In this document: piece by piece, positions 41,372 through 55,374 of the stretch
How the letters are laid out: every line of letters starts with the position of its first letter
Numbering within the stretch: position 1 is the first letter of the stretch
Assembly (NCBI GenBank): GCA_951406725.2
Contig: OX597816.1
Coordinates: 36,828,001-36,892,000, forward strand
DNA: 64,000 bases
Origin: Octopus vulgaris
Lineage: Eukaryota
Reading direction: 5' to 3'
Translations under genes and position numbers: made by a program
The notes under the pieces: generated by a model
Told to the model about the DNA's origin: nothing
Seen by the model: the letters and a program-made list of their open reading frames with translations, nothing else
The model's database searches: none

Positions 41372-41982
41372 GTATACATATATATATATATAATGTCGAC
41401 TCTGGGCAATGCTTCATTTCCCTGCTGCACTCTGTATCATTTGGACGAAGGACATTAATCAATATCTTGCTGGATACTCTTCAGGAGCACCGCAAATCTT
41501 GCAAAGTATTGATTTTTTTAAATTGGCTAAAAGCATCAGATTTTTGTAGAAGTATGTGTAATCTGCTTCGGCCACTTATAAAATATGTCTGGGTTTGTAA
41601 CAACTAAGGGAAAATAAATGAAGAATTTATAAGTATTTCTGTTTGACTATATATTTTTGGAGAGCGCCAAATACTAAAATGATATTTCCACTCTATTAGC
41701 TGCTAAATGCACTGTAAGCAATTCGCAGCCAAATATGTTTGAAATATCATTTTGAACAGGAAAAAAAGCAAAATTAGACCTATATATTTCACTTCGAAAC
41801 TTAGCGTATATGTGCTCATTATATGTTAATTATATTAAGAGTAGATCACAAACTAATGGTAGAGGAGTATAAATGTGATGTTGCTAATTTATTGATATAG
41901 GAAGAGTTACCTGGGACGTAGCTAAAGTAATACTGATTCTTGCAGAAAAACTGGACTCGGATGATGAGTAGACAAAACAGAA

Positions 41983-41997
41983 AGATAGATAGATAGT

Positions 41998-42059
<62 letters not shown>

Positions 42060-42096
42060 TAGATAGATAGATAAATAGATAGATAGATAGAGAGAG

Positions 42097-42159
<63 letters not shown>

Positions 42160-42236
42160 TAGATAGATAGATAGATACATACATACATACATACATACAT
42201 ACATACATACATACACACACATAGATAGATAGATAA

Positions 42237-42323
<87 letters not shown>
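41983..42323. repeat. (GATA)n microsatellite with (CATA)n/(GA)n interruptions
   Basis: Direct reading. Confidence 0.97.
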
Positions 42324-42324
<1 letters not shown>

Positions 42325-42626
42325 CTTTATTTATTAGCCACACAGGGCCGATCACAGAGGGGACAAAATACAATGTAGAGGGGTTTTTTCGACAGAATAA
42401 AATAAGAAAATAGAAAAACAGGAGGAAATAATTCCGATCAGAAGGGATCGTGAAAAAAAAACAACGATCAAAAAAGAACGATCAGTAAAACGATCAAAAG
42501 GGATCCTGTATCACAGAACAGAGCAAAAATGTAAAACCAGATTAGGTCTATCCGTGGAAAGAAAAGCCTGCGAAAAAGACTACGATTACCTCAGGCAGGG
42601 AGGGAAAAAACACATGGGAGCAAAGT

Positions 42627-42667
<41 letters not shown>

Positions 42668-43058
42668 TACAGGATCATGCTCAAAGCGGTTTCGTCATTC
42701 GCGCGTACGATGTTTGCTACATTCACTCACCTTTTTATTGAATCTTTCATGAGACAAATCTTGAAAAACCTGATGAGCGATTGGCCAGAGAGGAAAGTGT
42801 TTGTCTCTAAACCTTTCGCTCGAGTCCACCACATACATTCTGTCACCATAGCCACCAGTACGATGAAAATTGCCTTGCCTTCCCGGTTAAATGAAGGTGG
42901 CGGAGCAATTTTCCCGATAGACTCGGCCAACAACCAAATTAGCACCACATGTGCCAGCAGGTGTTCAGCACAAGCCCACAGGACCGAAATTGCTGGACAC
43001 TGTACGAGTGCACGCAGAATGTATCTCGAACCGTGCCTCTAGAGTTTATCTCAACGGA
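42324..43058 (-). mobile_element. Tx1/L1-clade LINE 3' fragment (older copy)
   Basis: [47 protein letters not shown] is homologous to the C-terminus at 53000-53300; 3' end joins (GATA)n. Confidence 0.92.
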
Positions 43059-43638
43059 ACATATGCAGAGTTATTCGAAAGGACTGAGCCGATTTCATTA
43101 TGCAATACTTTAATAAGGAGAAGCATTAGAAAACTCCCGGTAACTCACTTATATTTACTCACTATCAAATTTTATTTCCAGTCAAATGTTCAATGTGGCC
43201 AGATTGAAAAATGTTAACATAACAAAATTATTAAGTACTAGAATTGGTGATATCCCGAAAGACAGAATTGAAACGGTTGTTTCAATAGGATACGACTAAA
43301 AATTTGTAAGGTAATAGGTGAAACACTAAAATTCATTTGCGTAATTCTTTTGTTTGGTTCTGTCATCACCCTCATGGTTACGGTGATGCAGAATCCCCGG
43401 ATATAGTGGTTAGGGTAGCACGCTCACAATCGTGAGATTGTGGTTTCGAAAGATTGTGGCGCGTTGTGTTCTTGAGCAAAACACTTCATCTCACGCTGCT
43501 ATGCGATAACTTCAACAACTGATGCGTGGTGCGACGTCAATTTGATGGAAGGAGTGAACTAAGTTGATCACTACAAGGAAATCATTTTTGGAAGTCTCTC
43601 AGCAAGTGCTGAACCCTCGTACGTACATATTCGTCGGG

Positions 43639-43732
<94 letters not shown>

Positions 43733-43989
43733 AGACGCAAAACTGCGTTTGACCATCTGGCAAAACTGGTGAGAATTTGTTGACCTTCTGTGTCCGTTTT
43801 CTCTTTGTGCGTTTATTATATGGTTTTTAACTTGTATATATGTGTGAATGTGTGTGTATGTGTGTGTGCGTGCGCATATGTCAGGAAGTTTCTGAGTGCT
43901 TCTGGCACAATGTTCCATCCAGAACAACCTGCTGCGTTGTTGATTAAACAGGAAACTCCACTAAGCTTGCTTACCTAGAAGGGTGGTTA

Positions 43990-44200
43990 AACACGCTGCA
44001 GGATGAAAAAAGATCTGTATCTGTCATACGACGGATGAAATCATCAATTCAATAACTATCCAATATTCTGTACACAACCTTGGTCCAGGCACTTCCCACG
44101 GATAGCAGTAGGTAGATTCCTGCAGTATTCATCGACAAACACTGTGGCTGCGCGGAGGATTGACACGTTTTCAACAACAGACTGGCATAACAGGTCAGCA
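43990..44200 (-). pseudogene. RTE-like LINE RT remnant
   Basis: NTAGIYLLLSVGSAWTKVV resembles NYRGISLLSxxGKxxxK, followed by a QIF(F)ILQ remnant. Confidence 0.5.
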
Positions 44201-44658
44201 CAGATCCACGCGGAGCGTATTGTAGTACATTACTGGGCATGAATAATCCCTAGCCCCGGTTAGCACATCGTTCTTGGAGAAGGAAAGCCCTGGTGTAAAG
44301 CCTACGGCTCGATAGCAACCAGTGATGTTGACTAGTTCTTTTTTTGAATATTTGTCATCATTGCTCAGAAAAGGGTATTGGTCGTGTATAAGGATTCTTC
44401 TCACTTTAAAAAGCGGCATAAAAAGCGGCATAGACAAGTACCAGAATCTTCATCTGAAACTCGAGAATGAGGAAGTAATCATCATGAATACAGACACAAA
44501 CGCACACACGAACACACACACATCTATTATGATGATGAACTTGTTTGTAAGTTTGTTCAAAATCAAGCAATAAGGGTAGCATTGGAAGTAAGAATTAAAA
44601 AAACAGAATATACAAAATGGTAATTACAATGAGAGAGGGAGTGGTATCAAACAGCGCA

Positions 44659-44663
<5 letters not shown>

Positions 44664-44710
<47 letters not shown>

Positions 44711-44716
44711 TCTCTA

Positions 44717-44811
<95 letters not shown>
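44664..44811. repeat. (CT)n microsatellite
   Basis: Direct reading. Confidence 0.98.
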
Positions 44812-44814
<3 letters not shown>

Positions 44815-45556
44815 CAACATCATTTTCAATTTTATTCGATGAAAGCTAATTTTTTTCTGGTAAATATTAATAACAATATATGAGATAAGTAAATAAGATT
44901 TTTGCACCTCAAAAGTATTTTTTCTTTATCTCTATGGATGTTTGACTGTTCTGGAAGAATTTTCTGCTTAAAAAGTTCCAAAGTTAATAGCATATAAGAT
45001 AAGTAAATAAGTAGTAATTTTTAAGTTATAAAATTAAAATATTGTCTATTGAAAGAAAGCTTGATAATATTGTCTGTTTAAAGAAAGCTAAATATAAAAG
45101 AATAGTAATTATAAATATTTACAAATACTTGCAGATACAGTGATGTTTGTAAATATTTATGGATGAAGACTTTTGCTAAGTCGGTGAAGTTTGTCTTCAA
45201 GATCTTATTCCATTTCAGGCAGTAAAGAGAGTATGAGAGGGAGAAAGAAAGAAGGAGAGAGAGGCACAGATACAGACGAGATAGGGAATGTGTAGACGTT
45301 GCTGGAATAAAATAATAAGTTTGTTTACAGAGAGTTTGCTTACAGAGAATTTTAATGTATCTAAGAATAGGTAGAGATATTTAGGAACGCTATTTTTCTC
45401 TTTCTCTTTCTTTCTTCTACCGTTTCTTTTAATTTAATTTTTTTTTTGTTTTTTTCCCCCACTTCTTATCTATGATTCTGTTTCTTTTAGTTTTGTTTTT
45501 CTTTTCCTAACTTGCAACATCATAGTCGTGCATTTAGAATATATAGACGGAGACAT

Positions 45557-45896
45557 AGCACTCAGTCGATTACAACGACGAGGGTTCCAGTTGATCCGAT
45601 CAGCAGAAAATAAACCTGTTCGTGAAATTTACGTGGAAGTGGCTAAGCACTCCACAGACCGATATATCCTTAATGTAGTTCTCAGGGATATTCAGCGTGA
45701 CACAGAATGTGTCAAGGCTGGCCATTTGAGATACACAGGTACAACAGAAACAGGAAGAAAGAGTGAGAAAAAGCTGTAGAGAAAGTGTGCAGCAGGGTTC
45801 ACCACCACGACCCTGCCGAAGCTTCGTGGATCTTTAGGTGTTTTCGCTGAAACCGCTCGATCTTGGAATTGAAACCGCGATCCTACGACCGCGAGT
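45557..45896 (-). mobile_element. SINE family A, diverged and 5'-truncated
   Basis: Colinear with 5400-5748. Confidence 0.85.
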
Positions 45897-46288
45897 TCTC
45901 TTTTCCATTGACATTCCTTTCAGATACAAAAGCACACACACACAAACACGCACTCTCTCTCACTTTCTCCCTATTCTTCACCCTCTTGTACTATCTTATA
46001 TCTCTCTCCACCCCTTCACACTCAATTATACTATAAAAAGAGACAAATTTCCTGAAAAAGCTCAATCTGACGACTCCACTAGAGTGGACGCAAGCGCTAT
46101 TATATGATTTATAAAAACAGGTGACATATTGATAAATATCTGTAAATATAAAACCATCATTGACCTTCATTTGTTTTTATCTCTTTCAGTTTATATGAGT
46201 ATACGTTGATGTGTATATCTATTTGTGTATATCCGTGTTGTATACACACATTTAACTTCATCGCTTTTAGTTCGTGTGACTATATTTG

Positions 46289-46337
<49 letters not shown>

Positions 46338-47153
46338 GGCGGTACATCAGCATGGCCGCAGCTCTGAGCTGAAACTAGAAAAAAAAAATATATATATATA
46401 TATAGAAAGAGAGAGAGAGAGAGAATGAAAGAAAGAAAGACAGAAAGAAAGAGAGATCCATAAATACATGCATAAATACAGGTGTGTATATCTGTACGTC
46501 TACGCGTGTTCATCTGGATCTTTTTTCTAGCTTATACTCTGCATGAGGGCCGTAAAAAATACTTATAGTGATGCAAGCAGTTCCCATCGATAAACATAAC
46601 GTGATAGCAGAACTGTACGACTTCTGAGATAGTTTATAAAAGTGGAAAATATTGGTTCAGTCAACTAAATATTAACAACACTGACATCTTAGAATGTATT
46701 TGCATTTCGCTTGGAATGATTAAAAAAGAAAAAAAAAACGATATGCAGTGAATCACCAGAATATTCTTCAAAGCACAGAAAAAAACTAGGAACATCAGCA
46801 AAACTTGGAGAATTACGCTGTGAACTCTGTAGGGAAACATTTATCTTTACGTAGGTTTACTCATTAAAAGCACTGACCAGCTCAAAAACCGCTGATGTTC
46901 CATATTAATCGAACTATGTACAGTGAGAATAGTGAAAGGTATATTCGCATTAGAGTGTAGGATAACTTATAGTCACCATAGTCAGCACAGCGATATACAC
47001 ATGCACAAAAATATGTAAATGTTTGTGAGAGAGAATGAGTGTGGAGACAGAGAAGGACAGAGATATTAGGTCAATGTGTATATACTATATTTGTGTATGT
47101 ACGTATATATTCATAAATATGCATATATGCGTGTGTGTGTGTGTGTGTGTTTG

Positions 47154-47329
47154 TATACGTTTTATTAAAGCTGAAAAATCATCACAGAACTGTTACTCAG
47201 AGTATCACGTTCCCATTCGTCGGACAGTTGTGATAAATACGAATAATCATCACAAATGTCCGACAGACCGGAGCGTGAAACTCTGAGTAACATTTCTGTG
47301 ATAATTCTGCAACTTTGTTAAAGAGTATA
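47154..47329. repeat. Fold-back palindrome of two diverged HHR-bearing arms
   Basis: 47188-47229 (-): AACUGU-CCGACGA-AUG-ggaa-CGU-GAUAC-UCUGA-GUA^ACAGUU. 47254-47295 (+): AAAUGU-CCGACAG-ACC-ggag-CGU-GAAAC-UCUGA-GUA^ACAUUU. Confidence 0.75.
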
Positions 47330-47357
47330 GTTTTCTATCTTTGGTATTCGAGAACTA

Positions 47358-48730
47358 TCAGGTCATCCCATAAGTTCTGTCCGAATTTTGAATAAAGAAA
47401 ACAAGTGATCATATGTTATATTTAATTGAAATTTAATCATCACTCCTTTTCGATTCACTACAGCGGGTATTTTTTCTTCAAAGCTTAGTTCAAACGATCT
47501 GATTGCTGACAGTAGAATTGAGCATTGATTGTTGAAGTGAATTACCCCTTTGCAATCAATGTACTTTCCCTGATTATCTATGACTTCCTTCTATCTATTT
47601 ACAAGCTTTTTAATCCCCTCAATGTAAAACTCTTTTGGTTTCAAAGCGAACAACTCCGAAATGTTAATTTCCACCTCCTGGCTTGCGAAATATTTCTATA
47701 AACTACGAAACAAATGGTAGTCTGAAGGAGCAAGGTCGATAGAATAAGGTGGATCAGGATTTTTTTCCCAACCAAGCTCTTCGATCTTCTGTGATATGAT
47801 CTTTGCAGTGTGCGGTCGCGCATCGTCCTGATGAAACATCACTCCTTTTCGATTGACTAAAGCAGGTCTTTTTTTCTCCAAAGCTTGGTTCAATCGCTCC
47901 AAGTATTGGCAGCAGACTTGAGCATTGATTGTTGCATTAGGTGGTAAGGATTCAAAGTGAATTACTCCTTTGCAATCCCACCAGAGAGAGAGAGAAGAAC
48001 CTTTTTCCCATAAAGATCCCTTCTCAGTTGTGGTTGAGCTTTTTTCCCTTTTACCAAGCCACTATTTGCGACGTTTAACATTTAGATAAAAGATCCATTT
48101 TTCGTCACCAGTCACAAGTCTATCCAAAACGGGTGAAATGAATTCGCGAGAATGGAGAAAGCAGATTTGCGGTTGCTTTAGGGAACTTCATAAGGCACTC
48201 ATTCTCCAAGTTTAGGAACCTTTCCAAGTTGTTGAAGATGACGACGAACAGTTGTATGGTTTGAACTAAGCTTTATTGCCAATTCTTCACCTGATAATGC
48301 AGGATTTTCTTCAAGTAGTGCCCCAAGGAACTTATCAGCAAACTCAACTGCACGTCCTGTTCGATCTTCATGTTCAAGGCTGAAATCTTCACTTCTGAAT
48401 TTTGCAAAGCATCTTCTGCAAGTTCTTTCATTCAAGCATTCTTTCCCATAAACTGAGTGTGTGTTTCGAGTAGCTTTGGCTGCAGAGTTTCCCTTTTCGT
48501 GCTCATAAAGCATTATGTGCCTCAAACGCTCTTTGGATACTTCCATGTTAGAAAGGGTTTTAATCAAAGAAATTTTTATTCTATTATTCTGTAAAATAAT
48601 GTTTATTTAGATTAAATGTACACAAATGCAGGAAAATAATTTTTAGTTCCATTAGACATTCTAAAATACTATTAAATATCATTCAGTTTTAAAAAATGTT
48701 AAATCGGACCGAACTTATGGGATGACCTGA
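47358..48730 (-). mobile_element. Full-length, inactivated mariner (DD34D)
   Basis: ta|tcaggtcatcccataagttc ... gaacttatgggatgacctga|ta TIRs; MEVSKERLRHIMLYE HTH, VTGDEKWIFY, HQDDARPH, PPYSIDLAPSDYHLFRSL; several stops and frameshifts. Confidence 0.95.
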
Positions 48731-48882
48731 TACTTTTCCACCTTGTTTTGCACTTATCTGCTTACCTGTGTGTGTACGTGTGTGTGTATGTGTGTGTGTA
48801 TATATGTATGTATGCATGCATGCATGTAGGCAGATAGGTAGGAAGGAAAATATATATATATATATATGTGTGTGTGTGAGTG

Positions 48883-48923
<41 letters not shown>

Positions 48924-50424
48924 ATATATATACAGTAACAGAGACAGAGAAATACAGAGAGGTTTGGAGACTCCGTGTGATTAAGTTACTATACTCATAC
49001 ATGTACATACGCATATGTGTATGTATATATTCTTATATTCATATGTGTGTGTGTGTGTTTCGGTTTGTGTATAACTATGTATTTGAGAATACACAAATGT
49101 GTGAGAAAGTGTGGGAAGAGAAGAGAGATTGTAGCAGAGGAGGGGAGTCAGATAAATGCATATATTATATTTCTGTATGTACGAATATATACGATATATA
49201 TTACTTATGTATACATATATACATATATATATAGTGAGAGAGAAGATGGCGAGGGAGAGAGAATGAGAGAGAGAAAGGTGATAAAGAAAGAGAGAAGGCT
49301 AGAGCCATTCTGTGATTAAGTTACGATACTCATACATGCACACATATATGTATATACACTTACATATATACCTACATATATATATATGTCTGTGAGCGTG
49401 CGTGTGTGTGCGTGACCGTGCATATCTGTGTATATGTATAATGCACAATATATGGATTTTACTTATCCGGTGATAGTCATTAAAAATAACTCCATTAATG
49501 GATCAGGCTACACACTACATAGTTCTACCAAAACAAAACAAAGAAACGTAATGTATAACCCGATGAAGTAGAAACCCAAATAATCAACCCAATTAATAAT
49601 GATTATTTCATTAAGAGTGCATAGAATATCCAGAAACGATTGTAGTTATACGGATGTCAGTTTTTGTTCTTCTTATACATCCATTTTTCTTTATATTTTG
49701 CATGAGTTTGTGTGTCTGTACGTGTGTCTGTGTGCATGTATGTATGTATGTAATTGAAACAATTTGGAGTCAACAAGAAGGAGTACGGTTGGACGTTTAT
49801 CTTCAGTCACTACAAATGTTTCTACGCAACGTAGTTCTCCATCCGTGCAAGTACTTTCCCTGCATTATGGGAACCGTACTCCCTGTTGACTCCATTCTTT
49901 TTTTCAATTACCTATTCACACACGACAGAAGCCATACGTAACTGCAAGTACGTATAATATTACATACTGGATAGCACATAATAAAATCTGAAGGTGGACG
50001 AGCTTTATAACGTAATCTACTACGTTCTTAACAGAATATACTACAGTACTCGGACCATCAACAACTGGAACAGTTTTACTTTGAAGACCAGCGAGAAAAA
50101 CTCAACCTCCCACTTGCACAGAAATATCTTGTCCTTTTAGCTGTTTTCAAAGTTCACGAGAAGGAAACCGTCAGTCAGCAATCAAGTCGCAAGAACTTAA
50201 TACATTCCTGCTTCGTGAACAAGCAAATTTTAAACTCTTGATATTAGTGGTAGTCATATTTTCAAACGACAATTAAAACAAAAAGTAACTTCATGGATGC
50301 AGATGAAATTACTTCGCATTTAAAATCCGGTAAATCTCTAGATTAATGTTAATGTTGATTTAATACTCCCAATTGTAAAATCATTGCATGCTAAATGGGT
50401 TTTGTCATCATTTAATTGTACATT

Positions 50425-51468
50425 TGTATACATAAATGGCAATTTCTGTCTGTTTCTGGCTATGCGTGTGTATTTGTTACTTTACCTCCTCCGAGACAGT
50501 CCAACCGATCTTCTTGAAACTTGACACATGTGGAGGGTTTTTACCTATGCGGTCATTTACACACTTGGAATTTTAACAAAATCGAAAATTTTTAATCAGC
50601 ATCGGTTTTTCAAATATCAATAGGACATTTCTATGTAAATTTTCAAATGAATGCTTTTTCTGCCATAACTTATAAAGTTTTCAACCGATTTTCTCGAAGT
50701 TTTGTACACAAATGGAATATGAGCTAAGGATGGGTTGAGATAAATCATTTTTTACCTAGGCCACTCAAAAAAAGCGCAAGATGATTTTTGATTAACTGAA
50801 TAAGGAAATATAGCCTAAATTCTTGTGGGGTTAAAATGTGCATCAATTATTCGAGGTTGCTTTAACATGTATTTTCTTAACAGCTGCTCTTAAAATTATC
50901 GATTCAAAACGTTCTAACGTTGTTTGCTAAAACATGTAACATGTATTTTCTTAACACCTGCACTTAAACTTGTCGGTTCTAACCGTTGCAATCGATATTT
51001 AACTGTCACGATCAGTGGAACTATGCCCTTAAAACACAGTCCTCAAATTAAGTGCATGTGCATTGAAAATTTTCTCTAGGGTTGCAAGAGAATTTGCCCC
51101 AAAATGACGAAAATTCCGATTTTTTATGCTGCTTTTTTCCCTCCTCATAGCATCTTGCGACTCTTATGACAGCCACGTTGTCGCCGCTGCACGCCAACTG
51201 TTTTTGTAAGTATCAACTTTCTTTTCTCTAAACAATTTTGTCTTTACTTTTCAAGCTTTTATATTTTTTCTTCATAGAACTCCTTTACAATTCCAGTCTG
51301 GATATTTGTAATGATTATATATTTGCAGCTTTCCACTCATCTGACCAAACAATTGTCATTTTCCGATTTCACACGTATCCGTCCTATGTCTTGATTTCAT
51401 TTTTCGTCTCAGAGAAATTAGGAATTGTAATGGGTACTGGGAATAACCCCGCTCCCGGGTATTACTAG
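50425..51468 (+). mobile_element. Probable non-autonomous Helitron
   Basis: Helitron-like 5' part (ataaatggcaatttctgtctg...ccgatcttcttgaaact); 3' hairpin aataacccc-gctcc-cgggtatt then CTAG (51465-51468). Confidence 0.55.
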
Positions 51469-52444
51469 GTACCTCAGATAGTCTAAACATAAAAATATCT
51501 TGTTGCAATGTTGGAAAGATACAGGTACACTTAATGTTGAAAACAAAGAAGATAATATCATTGAATGCCGTAATTCTAACTGATTGATTGTACGTTTTTT
51601 GTATATTTTTCATTTGAAATAAACATATTACAAAGATTTTCTTGACTAAGGTTTCTCCCCATAAATTTTTTATGAAAATGACTGAAACTTATTTCCTTTT
51701 GTAATCAAATTTCGCGGAATTTATTTTCGCGAATTTGTCAGCCTCGCGAACATTTCATACTTCACAGTAGCATAATTATGGATGATTGTATCCATGTATA
51801 TATGTATGTATGTTTGTTTACAGCTATGGATTTGCATATCCGTGTATGTATATCTGTAAATATGTATGTATTTGTGTATGTATCGTTTGATTGATTGATC
51901 CATGCACACGTATTCATGAAAGGGAAAACGTATTCACTAAATGACAAATATATTTATTTTATTAGAAGCTACCATTCCTTGAAACCTACTTCTCAATATC
52001 ATGTTTCTAACACACACAAACACCCCCATACAAACACACATACAGGCAAAATTTGAAACCAATCCATATATTATAGATGAATTAAAATAATGTGTAAAAT
52101 GCACTGATTTATTTCGATTTAGTTCACATGTTTTACATGTTCCTGATTTTCAAAAGCAGTACGAGATTAAATGAATAAATTTTGAAATATTACGCCGTTT
52201 ATGGATAGCTTACGGCTCAAATTAGCAACGGTTTAGGTGCAGCTTCGTTTGTTGACGCTGCTCAAAATTTTAGTGCGTCATTTAACTCTATGAATGATAG
52301 TTATTCCATAAGCAGAAGGGTAAGTAAATAAAGATATATTACAAAGAGATTGTTCCAGTAAATTACTATAAACATACACATATATACATATACATGTCCT
52401 CATACCCACATACATATACTACAGAGATAGATAGATAGACAGAT

Positions 52445-52511
<67 letters not shown>

Positions 52512-52533
52512 AGGATCGATCGATAGATAGATA

Positions 52534-55161
52534 AGTTTCTTTATTGGCCACACAGGGCTGCACACAGATGGGACAAGTTACAAGGTAGAGCTTTTCTTTT
52601 GGGGGATGAAAAAAAACAAAAAACAAAAGAGAAAAAAAAAGGGGTGGCGTAGGCTTTCGATCAAGAGGGATCGTAAAAGGGAAGAAAAGAACAAAAAAAA
52701 TAAAGAAATAAAAATAAAAAAGAAAAGAAAAAAAGAAAAAAAAGAAAAGGAAAAGGAACAAAAGAAAAGAGAAATGAAAAAAGAAGAAAAAAGGGGAAAA
52801 AAAGGGGAAGAGGAAAAAAAACGATCAATAGGGATCGTGTATCACAGTGTTATGATATATGGTGTAAAGGGGAAAGCAAGTAAGGTTTATCCGTGGGAAG
52901 AAAAGCCTACGAAAAAGACCACGGTAACCTCGGTCAATATTGTTACATGTTACCACATTTGTTTGCAAGTGGGTAACCCTCTGTTTTCAATTTCTGGGTT
53001 CATAGGATTATGCTCAAGGTGGCTTCGTCATTCATACGTGCCATCCTTGCTACATTCACCCATCTTTTTTTAAAACATTCGCTAGACAAAACTTGCCTCT
53101 CTACTCTCACTTTCCTTTTCAAGTGGTACTTGAAGAAGTTGATGAGAGATTGACCAGAGAGGAAAGTGTTTGTCTCCAATCCTTTCAGATGCGTCCACCA
53201 GATACATTCTTTCGCCATAACCACAAGGATGATAAAAATAGCTCTTCCTTCCCGTTTGAAGGAAGGAGGCGTGACAATATTGATGATAGACTCAGCGGAT
53301 AAACCGACTCGTCCCACACGTGACAGCAGTTGTTCGACACAAGCCCACAGGTCGGAAATTGCTGGACACTGCACGAGTGCGTGCAGAACGGTTTCGTCGC
53401 TCTGACCGCATCTCGGGCAGGTCGGCCCCGTGTTTCTCGAGCCGTGTCTGTAGAGCTTATCCCGAACGGGTAGCGCTTCTCGGTAACACTGCCAGGCCAG
53501 GGATCTCTGGAAGTTGTCCATGGGCCCTGGCCCGAAAGTCGTCCTGAACAGGCGGGTCAGGTACTCCTCGTCGACGTCCAGGTTCGCCCCGAGCTCGTCG
53601 TCGTACCTCCCCTCCACTAATCCCCTATAGAATGCTTTGGTTGTCTTGAAGTCACTCAAGGTCGACCCAGGACGGCAGAGTTGCTTGAGAGCAACGCGAC
53701 ACTCGCGGTGCCATTCGCCCTTCCTCGGCCTCTTTTTGATCCACGACTGCAGTTCGGTCATGGAGACGAGCTGCGGGAAAGCGTGCCTCACAAACGGCGA
53801 CCACACCTGTTCACCGTCGTCTACATAGAGCCAGAGATGTCGCAGTCTCAGCGCGTGTCTGCGCATCATCAACCACGGCATGCCCAGCCCTCCTTTTAAC
53901 GGGTGTTGACAGCAAATGGATCGCCTGACCATCGGGACGCATCCTTTCCACAAGAAGCGAAAGAGAATGCGTTGTAGTTTGGTGATGGTAGGGTCGGGAC
54001 AAGGTACGACGGTCAGGCGGTAGTAGATGACGGACGCGATGTACGTGTTCGCCACCTCTGCCCGACCTTTTAGGGACAGTTTCCTCTCGGCCCATTGCCG
54101 GGCGAGAGTGACCACCCTACTCGTTATCTCGTTCCAGTTCTTCTCCACTTGGAGGTCCGGACCAAACCAGACCCCGAGCAACTCTTCCGGGCCGTCAGTC
54201 CAGCGTCCCACGACGGAGGCGCTGGTGGACGGCATGGGCTTGCTTCTCCAGGTGCCTAGTCGCAAGCCCACTGACTTTTCCCGGCTGATTTTCGCTCCTG
54301 TCACCGCTTCGTAGTTTTTCAGTGTCTCGCCGACCTGCTCGGTGTGCTCGTGGCTAGACACTATGACGGTGACGTCGTCCGCGTATGCAGACACGCTCGT
54401 CCCGCATCCCAGTTCTCGCGGGATGCCCCTCAAAGTTGCCAGCTTCCGCAATAATGGCTCGAGAGTCAATACGTATAGAAGCGACGAGAGGGGGCATCCC
54501 TGACGGACCGAACGTGCGATGTCGAAGGGTCTCGATAGATGTCCATTCACGCGAATTACCGAACGGATGCCCCTGTACAAAGCGGCTATCCAGCCGCGGA
54601 AGAAGGGACCGAAGCCAACCGCTCTGAGGACCGCCTCCAAGTATCGATGGTCTACCCTATCGAAGGCTTTCGATTGATCCAAATTGATCAGCGCCCCACC
54701 CATGCCAGGTTCGTTAATTACCCTGTCTATGATGTAGCGCATCAGATAGAGGTTGTCATGGATGGTCCGGCCTGGCACGGCGCATGCTTGCGCCTTGTCG
54801 ACCAGTTTCTCGATGACAAGCGCCAACCTCTTGGCTAGCACCTTGGCCAAAATTTTCAAGTCTGCATTAAGCAGAGTGATGGGCCTAAAGTTATCTATTA
54901 CATTTCCCTTGTTTAGATCTTTCTTCAGCAGTGTTACGGCTCCTCGGCTCACAAAACAAGGAATGCTACCGTTTTGCTGCCAGTTGCAGTACACCGCCGC
55001 CAAGAGATCGCCAAACAAGTCTGGCATACAATTGTAAACCTCGTAGGGTAGACCATCCAAACCCGGTGATTTGTCCCTCGAGCATTCTGCCATCGCGTCC
55101 TGCACTACCGCCGCCGTGATGGCACCTTCGCAGCACCCTGCCTTTCTTGTCGAGAGTCGTG
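52534..55161 (-). mobile_element. 5'-truncated Tx1/L1-clade LINE inserted in (GATA)n
   Basis: GC-rich body; 3' UTR with AATAAA just before (TATC)n; (GATA)n on both sides in the same orientation (52425-52533, 55162-55374). Confidence 0.95.
53000..55161 (-). CDS. LINE ORF2 fragment: RT domain plus C-terminal zinc knuckle (no endonuclease), ~720 uninterrupted codons
   Basis: [75 protein letters not shown]. Confidence 0.93.
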
Positions 55162-55221
<60 letters not shown>

Positions 55222-55277
55222 CATACACACATACATACATACATAGATACATAGATACATAGATAGATCGATCGATT

Positions 55278-55374
<97 letters not shown>

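Noticed and set aside
52606-53073. Lys/Glu-rich 155-aa ORF
   Set aside because: Antisense of the LINE's T-rich 3' UTR.
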